A stretch of 63,998 bases of DNA, filler included, from Anaeromyces robustus (lineage: Eukaryota): assembly GCA_002104895.1 (NCBI GenBank). It is 3 parts of 3 records of this genome, joined end to end, with 100 filler letters (N's around TTAATTAATTAA, not from the genome) between each part and the next. Parts side by side here need not be neighbours in the genome. Positions count along the whole stretch, not along the records: positions 1 to 24,862 come from MCFG01000599.1; 2 more parts are not named here. One strand, given 5' to 3'. Of the stretch, positions 1 through 16,016 are shown in pieces. Both the position numbers and the translations under genes were made by a program. Under the pieces are notes generated by a model, which was not told the DNA's origin, did no database searches, and was given only the letters and a program-made list of their open reading frames with translations. Every line of letters starts with the position of its first letter. Within the stretch, counting starts at the first letter, position 1.

Positions 1-5
1 TTATT

Positions 6-36
<31 letters not shown>

Positions 37-1359
37 TTTGTTTATTTATCTATAATTATACATATTAAATTTATTTTATGTAGTTTATATTATATTTTTC
101 TATTATTATTTATCCTATCTTTTTAATATAAACTAATTTTAATTAGGAAATAACATTTATAATTAAATTTTTTAAACTTTTTTATTATTAAAAAAAAATA
201 TATTTGAAAAAAATAAAATTAAAATTATAAAATTATTTTTTCTTTGTCTCTTTCTTTCTTAAAAAAAAATAATATAAATAGAAAAATAGTAGTAATGAAT
301 ATTGAAAAATAGAAAAAATAAAAGTAGTAATAAAAATAATAGAAATTAAATTATTCATTTGGTTATAACAATTGTTAAAAAAAAAAAAAGTAATTTATTA
401 TATTAAAAGTTTGAAACAAAAATCTTTTTATAATTATACTTTTTTTATACCTACAATTAAAATTCTATGAAAGTCGTTTTTCCTATTTATTTAAAAAAAA
501 GGTAATTAAAATTGATTAAACTATAAATTTTAATAATTATAATCATTTAATTCTTTTTCAATTCATTAAATTATGACATTTATAAAATATTTTATTAATT
601 TTTTTATTATTATGTTATTATATAATTCATATAGTTATTAAAAATATTGAAATAATACCAATAAAAAAGTTTTAATAAACCATAATAATAGCATTAATTA
701 AAAATTTAAAAAGTATAATTCAACAAAAAAATAATAATTTATTAACAATTAAAATTAACAACTACTTAAATATAAAAAAAATATAACATATCAAATATCA
801 TAAAAAGAACAAAAAAAAAGGATAAAAAAAAAGCAATATATTATATTAGTAATACAATACTATATATATTTATATATTTCAGTTATACTAATGTACTCAA
901 AATTATTTTGTTATAATTCTAATATTTTAAAGCATAGTAGTTTTAATTCAATAGAGGTATTTTTTTTTTTTTTTTTTTATTTTCATATACATATATTTTA
1001 TTATATAAAAAAATTTTTTATAATAATTATATATTAAAAATTGATTTTTATTTTTACCCATATAAATATAACCTTTGAAAATTATTTAATAAAAAAATTT
1101 TTAATATTATTTTTTTTTCATATAAAAACATATAATATATAATATATATATATAAATTTGACTGTTTTTTTTTTTTTTTTTTTATCAATTATAAATATAT
1201 ATTATATTTATTTATATTTATTATTATAAATTATATAAATAAAATATAAAAAAGACGTTGTTCAATTTATATTCAACAATAAATAAAAATAAATTATCTA
1301 CATTTAGTCATTTTTCATTAAACAAGCAATTAAATAGAAATCAAATTAATAATCAAATA

Positions 1360-2635
1360 ATGACAAAAAATATATGTTTATCTTGTTTTCCTTGTATTAA
1401 AATACAAAAAGAACATTATTCAAATTCAAATGAAAATTTAATAAATGCTGAAGGTCAACCTATTAATCAAGAAGATCCACATAAAAAATGTATATTTTGT
1501 CATTTAGATAAAAATAGAATTATATATGAAGTAAATGTCATATGTATATATTGTATTTTTAATAAATAAATAATAATTAATATTGATTTATACTAAATAA
1601 AAAATCTTTAATTTTAATATTACCATATTAATTATATATAAAAGGATGATATGATTATTGCTTTTCATGATATTCGTCCAGCTGCCAAAGTTCATATTTT
1701 AATCATTCCTCGTGAACATATTGGTAAATAAAATAATAAATTATATATAATAAAAATTTATAAAAATATAATTAATTAATGAAAAAAATATAAAAAAAAA
1801 TTCAAAAATTAATTTTTAAATATATGTTTATAATATATATATTTATATATTATATTTTTATTATGATTATTTATAATAGCTAACGTAAAAGATTTAACTT
1901 ATAAAGATCATAAAGAAATATGTAAGTAATATAATATTATGTATAACCATTATAAAATTTATTATATATTTTAATATTTTAATATCAAATATATATATAT
2001 ATATTAGTTTTATATAAATAATAAATAATAATAATAATAATATATTTATTTTTCTTTTATATTTTTTATTTATTTATATAATATTTCTATAACATACAGT
2101 GGAACGTATGAAAGTTGCAGGTGTCAAAATACTAAAAGAACAAGGTTATAATAAACCATGTCTAAAAAATGAAAATCATAAAATTTCAGACCAAATTTAT
2201 GATGGTAGTGAAACAGAAGATGGTAAAGAAGTACCAATTCCAAATACTTTATTAATTTCAAATAAAGAATATGATAGTATACTTGGATTTCATATACCAC
2301 CATTTACTAGTGTTAGTCATTTACACCTTCATTTATTAGGACTTCCATTTAAAAATTGGGTTAAATCTTGTAAATATAAATCAATTCGTTTCCCACATTA
2401 TTTTGAATCTATTGATAATATTATTGAAGAATTAAAAAAGAAGGATAAAGCAGCTTCAGAACAAAAAGCAAATAAAGAAAATGCTACAACTACAACTACA
2501 AGTAAACCACAACAAAAAACAAACAATAAAGAACATATTATTGATGTAGATAATAATACTAATTCAAATTCATCACCATCCCCAGTTGAAACTACACCTA
2601 TTTATCAAAAACAACCTGAAATGAAAATTCCATAA
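1360..2635 (+). CDS. HIT-family nucleotide hydrolase, HINT3-like; 4 exons (1360-1530, 1645-1723, 1880-1921, 2100-2635)
   Basis: GT-AG introns join in frame to give CIFC...AFHDIRPAAKVHILIIPREHI...GFHIPPFTSVSHLHLHLL (HxHxH triad in a HINT3-type context). Confidence 0.88.
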
Positions 2636-2678
2636 ATAAATAAATAAATAAATAAATAGTATTTAATTTATTATATTT

Positions 2679-2726
<48 letters not shown>

Positions 2727-3040
2727 GAACGAAAAAAAATTCTTTTTTTTTTTCTTCTTTTTTACTATTCTATCATTTTTTTTTTCTTTAATTATTTATT
2801 TTCTTTTTTTTTTATTTTTCATAATAATAATTAATATTCTCAACAGTCAGTAATAATAATAGTAATAATAAGAATATTTTTAGAATATGAAAATAAAAAA
2901 TAATTATAATAAAAATAAAAATAAAAAATAAAATTATATAAGTACATAAATATAATGAAATATATTTATTCATATTATATTAATAATAAATCAATAAAAA
3001 AAAAAAAAAAAAAAAAAGAATGATGATTTGATTATTTAAT

Positions 3041-3072
<32 letters not shown>

Positions 3073-5118
3073 TATTATATACACAAGATAAAAATATTAT
3101 TACATTATCGTATAACTGATATAATTAATAGAATTAATTATATAATATTTATTGTCTTTTTTTTTTTATCTTTATCTTTTTTTTATATTTTATACAAATT
3201 AAGGAATTAAAAATAAAATAAAAAAAGTTTTAAGTTTAATAACAATATAATAATTACAATAATAAAATAACAATAATACACAATTTAATAAAATATAAAT
3301 TCATGAAAAAAAAAAAAAAAAATTTAAAAAATTCATATCGGTATTGTAGCCTTCGGGTATCACAATGATTTCCGATATATAGGCACACCCGAGTAATAAA
3401 ATAATTTCATTCATTCATAAAAAAAAGGAAAGAAAGAAAAAAAAAAAAAAAAGTTTTTTTTTTTTCTTTTTTCTTTTATATATATAATAAAAATAATAAA
3501 TAATTAATAAATAAATATATATCTATATATATATATAAATTTATATAATTTATAAATGAATGGATATAAAAAACAAAAGTAATAATTAATTAATAAATTA
3601 AAAAAATAAAAAATAAATAATAAAAAAAAATAAAGAATAAGAATAAAAAAAATAAAAATAAAAAAAAGTTAAAGAGAATTTAAAATAATGAAAAAAGATC
3701 CTATTTAATTATTTTAACCATTTTTAAATGAACTTTTTAATTAATTTAAAAATATTCTTTTTTAATATTGAATAAGTTATTTAAAAAAAAAATGAAGTAT
3801 CATTTTTTTTTAATGTTAAAATGAAGTTAAATATAATAACTTAAATGATTTCTTATAATATTTTTTAAATTTTTTTTTTCCCTGTTTTTTGTCTTCTTAA
3901 GATTTTATAATCCCCGGTGTTAATTGGGTAATTATTTGTGGGTTAGAAATTTTAATATTTAAGCCTTTTTTTTTTATTTTATTTTATTTTTAATTAAAAA
4001 CAAAAAAAATTCTTTAATTAACAGAATTTTTATAATTGATGTCAACCAATAATTATTATAAATAATAATAAATACAATTTCATTTATAGTTCATAGTAAT
4101 AAATTGAAATGTCTAAATATATTATAATATTTTTTTTTCGTTTTGAATCTTTTATTAATTTGATTAATTAATGTTTATTATTTATTATTTTATCAATTAA
4201 TATTTTTTTATTATATTTTCATTATTATATTAACTTGTATAATTTTAAAAAAAAAAGTTTGCCTTTTTTTATTTTCTTTATCTTCAATATTATTATCTAT
4301 TACTTCAAATTCAATTAAAAAATTTTTTTCTCTATTTTTATAGCCTTGCTGAAGTATATATTTTAAAAAATCATTTCCCATTATTATTATTTTGTTTAAT
4401 ATATATTTGCTACTAATTATATATATGAAGTTAAAATTTAACATCATCTAAACTTTATTTATTTATTTATTTATTATTTACGCCATATTTAATTAAATAT
4501 TTAATTATAATAATATTTTCATATCCACTGCTATAGGTATATATGAGGATAGATATATCTATCTTAATTTACATTATACAACATTTTTTTTTTAATTAAA
4601 TATTATAATACATTTTCATTTTTAAATTAAAAAGTTATTATTAAGTACTTCAATATTATTTTTATTATTAATAGTTATTAATTTGGACACTTTCCCTTCC
4701 TCAGTTTTTTTTTTTTTTTTATTTAGGATTTTTGTTTAGGACTAATTTATATTTCCCATGTAACATTCTAAGTATTAAAATTCAATATATGTAACTGTCT
4801 GCAATAAAAAAAATAATGTAATATATATAAATTTTTTTAAAAAAATTTTCAAAAATTTTCAAAAAATTTTCATTGTATAATATTATAATTTTTTTTTAAA
4901 AACCATAACCCATATATTTAATATTAAAATGATATTAATTCAATAATTGTTAATATTTATACATATATAAATAAATATATATAAATAGATATATGTGTAT
5001 ATGTTTTTATTCTTATTTTTTAAAATAAAAAGAATATTTAAATATATAATATTATTATAAAATAAATTTTATTTAATTAATTATATTATTTTTTATTTTA
5101 TTTTATTTTATTTTTATT

Positions 5119-5149
<31 letters not shown>

Positions 5150-5744
5150 TTAAATATTTATTTTAATATTTTATTTATTTATTTATTTATTTATTATTAT
5201 TATATATATATATATATTACTTTTTCTTTTTCTTTAAATTTTTCTTTTATTAAATTTTTTGTAGGAAATGAAAAAGATAATTATATATATATATATATTG
5301 ATTTAGTATTATTATTATGTTAATTATATAATAATATTGAAATATTTAGAAAAAAAAAATTTTTTTTTTTCAAAACAAACAAAAAAAAAAAAAAAAAAAA
5401 AGAACTATTGTATGAAAATAATAAAAAAAAATAAATAATAAAAAGATAAAAATAAAATAAAGAAAAAAAAATTTTTTTTAATTTAAAAAAAAAATTATTA
5501 TTATTATTATTATTATTTTATTATTATTATTATTATTTTTTTTTTATACTAGTAATAAAATTATCTATTTCTATTATTATTTTATTATATTTTATTTTAT
5601 TTTATTTTATTTCTTATAAATATAAATATAAATATAAATATAATTATTAATTATTTATTTATGATATATATATATATTTTTAGTTTATTTATTTTTTATT
5701 TTATTTTATTTTAAATTATGATTTTTGAGTTTAATCGTTAATCG

Positions 5745-5775
<31 letters not shown>

Positions 5776-6070
5776 TTAATTAGATTTTATTTTATTTTAT
5801 TTTAATTATTTTTTTTTGTTGTTTGATTTTTTATTATTATTATTTTTTTTTTGTTTTAATTTTTAATTTTTTTTATTTTTTTATTATATTTTGTTTTATT
5901 TTGTTTTTTAATTAATATGATTAATTGTATATATATTTTATGAATATTTTGAATAAAGAGAGTTAATATTTATTTATTTATTTATTTATTAATTTATTAA
6001 GTTATTAAGTTATTTAATTTATATTATTATTATTTATTATTTATTATTATTCTTTTGCTTTATTTTATTA

Positions 6071-9000
6071 TTAATTAAAACTTCCCCATCCATTACTACT
6101 ACTATTATTATTATTATTTGATGTACTACCAAAAGATCCCCATCCATTGGATGTTGAACTATTATTATTATTATTATTATTATTATTTGTAGTACTTGTA
6201 CTAAAACTACCCCAACCAGAATTATTATTATTTGAAGTTGATGAGGTATTAGTAGCACCAAAACTTCCCCAACCATTATTATTATTATTTGAGGAAGATG
6301 AGGTAGTCGTAGCACCAAAACTACCCCAACCATTATTATTATTATTATTTGAAGAAGAAGAAGTTGTAGTAGCACCGAAACTACCCCAACCTGAATTATT
6401 ATTAGTTGTAGAAGAGGAAGTATTTGGTGACATTACACTCCAATCATTACTTTTATTATTATTATTATTGGTAGTTGAAGTGGTAGAAGTGGTGTTTGGT
6501 GACATAACACCCCAACCACTTGAACCCCAACCATTATTATTATTATTATTGGAAGTAGTCGTAGTTGTAGTAGAAGATGAAGTAGTATTTGGTTTCATAA
6601 CTCCCCAACCATTAGAAGAAGATGAAGTAGTTGTTACTGGTGTAGACCATGCTGAGAAAGAATTAGAAGAAGTAGAAGTAGATATATTATTAAGATTATT
6701 ATTATTCTTTTTATTATTATCATTATTTGTTTTCTTATTCATAATATTTGAAAAGTCATCCCAACCATTAGAATTAGAGGAGGATTTATTATTAGCGGTA
6801 TTAAAGGAAGCATATTTATCTGTAGAATTTTTATTTGATGATGAATTAAGAGAAAGTGAACCAAATGAAGAAACCGCTGGATCGATAGAACTTGGTTTAG
6901 ATGGTGATTTAGCAATTGGATTAGAAGGTGCTGGTGGAGCAGGAATATCCCAACCATCATCAATTTCATTATCTAATTTAAAGTCATCCCAACCACTAAA
7001 ACTATTTTTAGATTCGGATGGATGATTAGAAGAAGTTTCAAGAGAATCAGTAATACTGAAAAGATCGATAGAATTTTTCTTATTTACTTGTGAATTTAAT
7101 ACCATTGGTTTTGATTTTTCTGGTTTAAGTAAACCAATAGTATTATCAGAAGGTGATAATAAATCATTAGTTTTATTTTTATTGGTAGATTCTCCTGTAC
7201 TTCCAAATCCACCAGTACTACCAAATCCACCAGTGCTTCCAAATCCTCCTGTACTTCCAAATCCTCCTGTACTACCAAATCCACTATTATTAGATGATGA
7301 ATGTGAAATTGAATTCTTTGAACTAGAATCAAATGATTTTCTACCAGTATTAGCTGAAAGTTTATTACCACTAGTGGAATCATTTGTATTAATAATATTT
7401 TCCATAGTACCTTGAATCTATTTTAAATATATTCAATATTAAAATTTATTAGTTATAGAATAATATTATTTATTATTTTTATTATTTATTATTAATTACT
7501 AAAAAAAATATATTATATTTATTTAAAAAATTTAAAATAATTAATTTTAATTATAGTTAAAATTACCTTTTTAGAAATAGATGAAGTCCAACCAGACCAT
7601 GCTTTTTCTTGATTATTATTATTATTATTAAGAGAATTATTCATAGCAATGTTAGAAACTGAATTTGGATCAGTTGGTGGTTGATACTATTAAAAAATAT
7701 GAAAAAAAAAATAATAATAATAATCATGATATTAATATATGATTAATAAATCAATTAATTAATTAATTAATTAATTAATTAATTATATATATAAATATAC
7801 ATATATAAATATATATAAATTACCATTTGTTCAGAATTATGTTCAAGTTTCTTAATATAAGTGTTAAGTACTTTAAAAGCATTTTGTCTAACAGTTCTAT
7901 ATTTTATATAAATTTACAAGTTTATTAGAATAAATATTTAATCAATTTATCTAATATAATATATATATTAATTATTATAATAATTTTTTTTTTATGTTGA
8001 AACAAACAAACAAATAAACAAGCTTACTTATCAGGATCAATTAAACATGGACTAGCACATGGAATAATCTTAGAAGCCATTTCTTCAACATCAAACAAGT
8101 CAGCAGAAGCTAATAATTATAATTATAATATAATAATTATAATAATTATAATAATAATAATTATAATAATAGTAATTAGAATAATAATAATAATAATATA
8201 TTAATAAAATAAATAAATAAATAAATCAATAATTAATTAATTTAAAATATAAAGAAAATAATAATTATATAAATAACATTAAATATAATAATAATTACCA
8301 TTAAAAGCTAATAAACCAGCATTTCTTGCTGGAACAAATGGATCCTTTAAACTTCTAGCAAAGGCTGGAATTAATATACGTTTTCTTGTCTATAATAATA
8401 ATAATATTATTAGTATATATATTAATTTTATATATTTATATTTTTATAAGTTATTATTTATTAATTTTATTATAATATTTATTTATTTATTAAAAATTAA
8501 AATTATAAACATATGAATATAATAATAAAACGCAAACTTACAGATGGATTAAGATTTTTAGCTAATTTTCCAATTAAAATTGTTGTATTAGTACGAATAC
8601 CTGGTTCTTCATCAACTTGTAATCTAGCCAAGTATCTTAATAAATCATTATTAATAATTCTATCACTTAACTATTAATATATAAAAAAAAAAAAAAATAA
8701 ATATATTTAAGTTATTAGTAATCATTTAATTATAAAAATTATAAACATAAATAATAGATGAAAAAATAAATTGATATTTTAAATAAAAACAAGATAAAAT
8801 AAAATGAAAAGTAAAAATTAATATATATATATTATACCTTTGGACCAAGTAATAAAATAGATTTAATAGTAGCTTCACGAATAATTGACTATTAAAATTA
8901 AAACAAACAAATATATATATATATGAAAGTTAAAAATATATGTATTAATATATATTATATTTTTTATTATAATTTTGTTTCATTTAAAATAAATTTATAT

Positions 9001-11105
9001 TTAAAAATATTTTATATATATAAAAAAAAGGAAAATAATTGCAACTTACACTTGTATCATTAAAACCAGTTACCTAAAAATTTTTAAAATAATAAATAAA
9101 TAAATAAATAATAATTAATAAAAACAATTTTTAAATTAATAATTATAACTGCTATAATAATAGTATAATAGTATAATATATAATATATAATATATATTTT
9201 ATTTATATATTATATAAATTTTATTGGTATTTACAATTTGTGGGAAAATTTTATCATTAATAATTTTAGAATTATCTCCAATCTTATCAATATATTTATC
9301 CATATTTTCTAAAAGCATTAAACGCATTTGACGATCAGGTGAACCATACATTTTTACAATACTTCCTAAAATAACTTTATCATATTCTTCTTTGGATAAG
9401 GAAGCACCTAATTTTAAAATTGGTAATAATACTCTTGAACCACCTAATAATATTTATAATATTAACGTTTATGATAAATATAATTTCATTAATATATATA
9501 TATAGTTTTTTAATAATTTTTTTTTTAATTATTAATAGTTTTATACATATACATATACATATATATATATTGTTTTGAAAAGAAAGAAATATATATATAT
9601 AATATTATTTATTTTATTTTATTTTACCTGCACCATATTCTAAAGCTTTAATTAATTCTGGTAATATTTTATGTTTTGAAAATTCAGTTGGGAATGAATC
9701 AATGGAATTAGATAAGTTTCTAATAAATTGTTCCTTTTCAGTTTTTTCTTTAACACTAATATTTTCTAAAAACAGACATGCCTTAACAAATGGTGTATCA
9801 AAGAAACTACCTTTTTGCATACAACTATCTAAAAATTGAGCAACACTTGATCTGAAATTTGGATTTTCATGTAATAAAGTTTTATAATATGGTTGAACAA
9901 CCTATAATAATAATAATAATAATTATATTAGTATTATTATTAATTATTATTAATTATTCATTATTATCAGTATTATTATCATTATTAATTATCATAATTA
10001 TTGTTATCACTATTATTGTTATTATTATTAGTTATTATAATTATTGTTGTTAAATATATAATTTATTACTATTATTTATTATAATTTATTACTATTATTT
10101 ATTATTATATAAGATAAATAAAAAAAAATTGAAATTTTTTTTTTCTTTAAATTTTAATTATTATTTTTTTTTTTAAAAAAATTCTTACTTGTGGAATTTT
10201 ACTAATATTTCTAACTTCTGATGGATCAGTTATTTCAGTATCATTGAAAAGTTCTTTAAAAAAAATATATTTATAATAATATATCATATATTATTAGTAA
10301 TTATTATAGAATATATGTCATATATTATTTTTATTATTACTATTATTTATTATTATTTCATTAATATTAGTAATATTTAATATATGTATATATACCATAT
10401 ATTAAGCAACCAAAATTATAAGCATCTAATACATGACTTGGATATTTTTGTAATACGCTCCATGATTCTTTTCTTACCTTTTATATTATATATATATATA
10501 CATACATTAATTATTAATATTACTATTTTTTTTTTTTTTTTTATTTTTCTTTATCTGATTATTATAATAATTTTTTTTTGTTTAATATAATAATAATTAT
10601 CAATATTTACTTCTGGTGGAGAATATTTTGATGGATTATAAAAATTTGTTGAATTTGAAAGAATAATTGGATAATTATCTTTAAGTGAACAACATAATTC
10701 TAAACCACTTAATCTATTAATAATAAATCAATATCAATAGTTAATTATATATAGATATGTAGATATAGATGGATATATACAATTTTTGGTAAATATATTA
10801 TTAATATGTATATTCAAAATAAATTATTAATTAACTAATAAAATAATATATATATATATAGTAACTTACTTCCATTCACCAGCAAGAGTAGAGAAAATAG
10901 CTGATTTTCTGAGACTACCATGAATAAGTTGACAATCTGAATTTAAAAATTTAAGAGCAACCTAATTTTTTTTTTAGATTTATTATTAAAAAAAAAAAAA
11001 AAAAATTAACATATTATCTTAAATTATATTTTTATATTATCCTTATATATTGTTATAAATATCAATATAACAAAATATCAAAATTAATTATTTATCTAAA
11101 TGGTT

Positions 11106-11136
<31 letters not shown>

Positions 11137-11356
11137 ATTTTTAATTTTTTATTTTTATTCTTTCAACTTACAGCTATTTTATATAAACCCCAAGTAATAA
11201 GGTTGTCATCTTTTTCTTTAGCTAATTGTCTTGTTAATGGTATAACTTTTTCAGTTGCAATAATAATATTTTTTTCATTCTTTAAAAATTATATATAAAT
11301 TATATATAAATATATATATAAATAATATTATTTATTTATTAATAATTATTATGATG

Positions 11357-11387
<31 letters not shown>

Positions 11388-12044
11388 AATTTAATATATA
11401 TAATAAATTTTCATAAAAATATTTATTCTTTTAAAAAAAATATTCTTGAATAAAATGATGATATCATTATTTAATTAAATATGCATTTTTATATATATAT
11501 ATAAAAGAAAAAAGCATTTACTTCAACACCATCAATAAATGTTAATAAAGCTGGATGTCTTATAGTTCTTGCACGTTTAAATGCATTTCTTGCTAATTCT
11601 ATTTTATCATAATTTCTTTCAACATCAAAAACAAAAACTGATATTGGTGTATCATCATCCTTTTTATTATTATTATTGTTATTATTAAAAAAAAAAAAAG
11701 AAAAAAGAAAAAAGGATATTAATTAATTATTATTTTATTAATAAACAAAAGTATATATATTAAATGGATAATAAATAATTTATTAATTAAATGGAATTTA
11801 AGTATAAAAAATTATTATATATTATTTATATTATAATTATTATTAATGATTTAAATTATATGTATAATCATTATTGATTTTTATTTTTTTCCTTTAATAA
11901 AAGTACCTTCTTTTTTCCATCATGAAGTGTCCATAGAGATGAAGAATTAAAATTATCTACTTGTGCTCCTATAGTAAATGGTAATGATATATCTTTTCCA
12001 AATGTTGCTACCGCACGGGTAATTTGTGATTTCAAAAAATCCAT
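6071..12044 (-). CDS. SCY1-like pseudokinase / HEAT-repeat protein (SCYL1/Cex1 family), multi-exon
   Basis: Exons translate to MDFLKSQITRAVATFGKDISLPF, AFKRARTIRHPALL, FPTEFSKHKILPELIKALEYG, LQVDEEPGIRTNTTILIGKL, DPFVPARNAGL. Last exon (6071-~7418) is a disordered GW/FG-rich tail. Confidence 0.88.
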
Positions 12045-13402
12045 TTATTATTTTAATAATTTATGTAATTTTCCTCGATATTATATTATTTAATTACTAT
12101 TATATGCTATATTTATGATGAAAAATACATATTATATATATATTATATATATTATATATTTTAAAGATGTTTTTATTTTTAATCAGATTTTTTATATAAT
12201 ATATATATATATAAATAACAAATTATAATATTAGTTAATAATTTATATAAAAATTGTATATGTAAAACATATATAAATGTTTAATAATAAACATTTAATC
12301 CATTTATAAAATTTATTATTAATAATAATACTTTGTATTATATTATATTTATTAATAAAAAACTTTAATAATTATTCAATTTTTTATTTATTTTTTTATA
12401 TTATTTATTATTACATTTTTATAAAATGATTTTAATTTTTATATATATATACTTATTTACTTATTTATATTTATTCTTTTTTTTTTTTTATTTGTATTTT
12501 ATCAACATTATTTTTTATGAATTATAATATGATAAACATTATTATATATAAATTTAGTTTATGTGATTATAACGTATATATAATAATAGAATTATTTATT
12601 TATGGTTTCTCCGGTAAATTTTAAAAATAAAAAATATAAATATGATATTTTTAAATATTGTATACTTACAAAAAAAATATATATATATATATTTAGATTA
12701 ATTATTATTTGATTTTTATTGATTTTATTTAAAATGTTTAAATTATTTTATAATAAATAAATAAATAAATAAATAAAATTAAAAGATTATTGTTAATCTA
12801 TTTTTTTCTTTTTCTTTTTTTTTTTTAATATTATTATAAAGATTATATTATTTTTGATATATTTTTATGTTTTATTCTTTTTATTAAATTATTATATATA
12901 TATTTTTATTATCCATATAATTTAAATAATTAATTATTATTATAATATAAATTTTTGTAGTAATATATATTTTTATTAATCCTTAATATTATGACCATAT
13001 CAAATAAAATAAATATATGTATTATTTATTTATTTATTTAAATTTTTATTTATTTATTATTTATTATTACTATATTATTTATTTATATTATTTATTTACT
13101 AATTAATTACTAATTAAGATATAATATTAATAATATTTTAATTGTATATTTTATATAATAATATACAAAACTTATATTTTCTAAAACAAAATTAAATTGA
13201 ATTTTGAATTTTATTAATAATATAATAAAGTTAATAAAATAAAAAAATTTAAATAAATTTAATAATTATAAAATAAATAAATTAATAATTAAATTAAATA
13301 AATAAATAAAAAAGTTAAATAAATGGAAAAAATAAATAATTAAATGAATGAATAATTAAATTTTTAAATAAAATATTAATAAATATATATTTTTTAATAC
13401 AA

Positions 13403-13434
<32 letters not shown>

Positions 13435-13759
13435 TTAAAAATTGCAAATTTTTTTGATTTTAAATTATTTAAAAAAATTTTAATTATTTTTTAAAAATTA
13501 TGAAAAATTTCTTAAATTTTTTTTATTGGTTAATCTTATTTTTTTTTTATATAATTAAAAAGACAGAAGAAAAGTAATAAAATAAAAGAAAAATAATAAA
13601 AAAAATGTGAAAAAAATAATAAAAAATAAAAATATATAGAAAAATGAAATAAGAAAAAAAAATTTTTTTGTTTCTTCACTCTTTTTTTTTTTTATTAGAA
13701 TTATAAAGTAATAGTTTATTTTTTTTTTAAGTATTAATGATAATATTTTTAGTAATATA

Positions 13760-14930
13760 ATGGAATTAGATGGTAAGTTTCTTTTTATTAATGGTAATAA
13801 TAAATAATACTTATATATTTAATTAATATTATAATGATGCATATAAATATAAATTTTTATAAAAATTTTAGCTGCCTTTGATTCCTCTTCTTCTACATTT
13901 TTCAGTTTAAGTCATAAAGAATTAAGTAATAAAGTCTATAATAGTTTATTAAAATATTTAAAAACATATTAATATAAAATTCATTAATATTTTATTTATT
14001 TTATTTTTTTTTATTTTCATTTTCTATATATATTTATATTTTATAATAAAAAAAAATTAAAAATACTAATGATAATAAAAAAAAAAAGCAGACTCTTATG
14101 ATTTAATTAATAAACATTTAAGAAAAAATCAAATATATGTTACACCAATTTCAACAGACAATGATGATAATATAAATGATAAAATAAAAAAATATTTTAA
14201 TAATGAACCTAACAATGGTTTAGAACAAAGCATTAATCAAAATAAAAATAATAACAATAAAAATGATAGACATGATAATGAACGTAATAATGAAATTAAA
14301 GATTATGATACTACTGTTACTGGACAAAAAAATTATGAACAGAATAATGAATATAATAATAATGATGATGAACGTAATAATAATAATAATGACAAAAAAT
14401 ATAAACAAGATAAAAATAAAGATGAAAATATATTAAATTATAATAATATAAATAGCAACAACAACAACAACAACAACAATAATAATAATGGTACATTAGA
14501 TAATAACAATATATCAAAAAATAAAAAAGATGATAATAATAATGATAAAAACTGTAATAATATATCAATTCATCATGTTAATGAAGAAGATGAATTTTTT
14601 ACTTTAGATGAAAAATATATTACACAATATAATAATGATTCCCAATTTTTTGAAAATTATGTTCTTTCTCAAACACAACAAACCACAAATTATAGTATGA
14701 ATAACAATATAAAAAGAAATAGTAATAGTAATAATAATTATTATAATAATACTAATAATATTAATAACAATAATTACATCAATAATAACAATACCAATAT
14801 CAATACCAATAGTTACATCAATAATAATAATAATACCAATATCAATACCAATACCAATAATAATAATAACAATATCAATACCAATAGCAATAATAATAAT
14901 AATAATAATAACAATAACAATATCAATAGC

Positions 14931-14975
<45 letters not shown>

Positions 14976-15688
14976 TACAATAATAATAATGACAAAAATA
15001 ATAAATCCAACATTTTACAAAATTCAAATCTTTCACAGGACTTACAAAATATAACAAATTTAAATTCACCTAAAAGAAAAAGTGAAGAATTAAAAACGAC
15101 AGATATTGATATTAAAAATACTTTTGATATGATAAGTGAACAATTAAAAATGCTTAATGAAAAATTAAATAATGATAATGAAATCTCAATAACAAAAGAT
15201 GATACTAACAATAATAATAAGAATAAATATAATGATAAAGAAACAAAGCAAAATGTAAAAGATATATATATTATTATTATTATTATTATATTTTTGAAAA
15301 TTAAATAAATAAAATATTAATTTATTTTTTTTATATTATTTTTTATTTTATTTTCTTTTCTTTTTTTTCTCAGATTATAAACGATGACAAAAATAGCATG
15401 TTATATAAGCAAAATGATAAAAAAAATGATACTAATACTAATATAAATGTAAGAAGAGAAATAAAATATTTATATAAATATATTTATTTTAATTTTGTTT
15501 AAAAAAAAAAATTATTTTTTCATTAATATGAATAATTATACAAAATAAATAATTATTTTATATAATTATTTATTTTTTATATATAACATATTTATTTCTA
15601 ATATAATGTAGAATGAAAAAGACAAATCACAATTGGAAAATGGTAAGTATATAAATTAGTTAAATTATTATTTGATCAAATAAAATAG

Positions 15689-15728
<40 letters not shown>

Positions 15729-15984
15729 TAATATATAAAAAATTAATAAATTTTGTTGTATATAATTAATTCAATAAATATTAAAAAAAAATTTTTATAA
15801 TTATTATTATTACTATTATTACTATTATTATTATTATTATTAATATTATATATCTATTATTATTATTATTATTATTAATATTATATATTATTACTTTATA
15901 ACTTTATTATAGATATAATTAATATATCCAGTGGATCAATAAATGTAATAGATATTAATAAAAATGAAGATATTCTGAATAAAG

Positions 15985-16016
<32 letters not shown>

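Noticed and set aside
4211..4447. 78-aa ORF
   Set aside because: No recognisable motif or splice context; likely chance in AT-rich DNA.
6147..7025. 292-aa Leu/Val-rich + strand ORF and other overlapping ORFs
   Set aside because: Antisense or off-frame shadows of the N/S/T-rich SCY1 tail.
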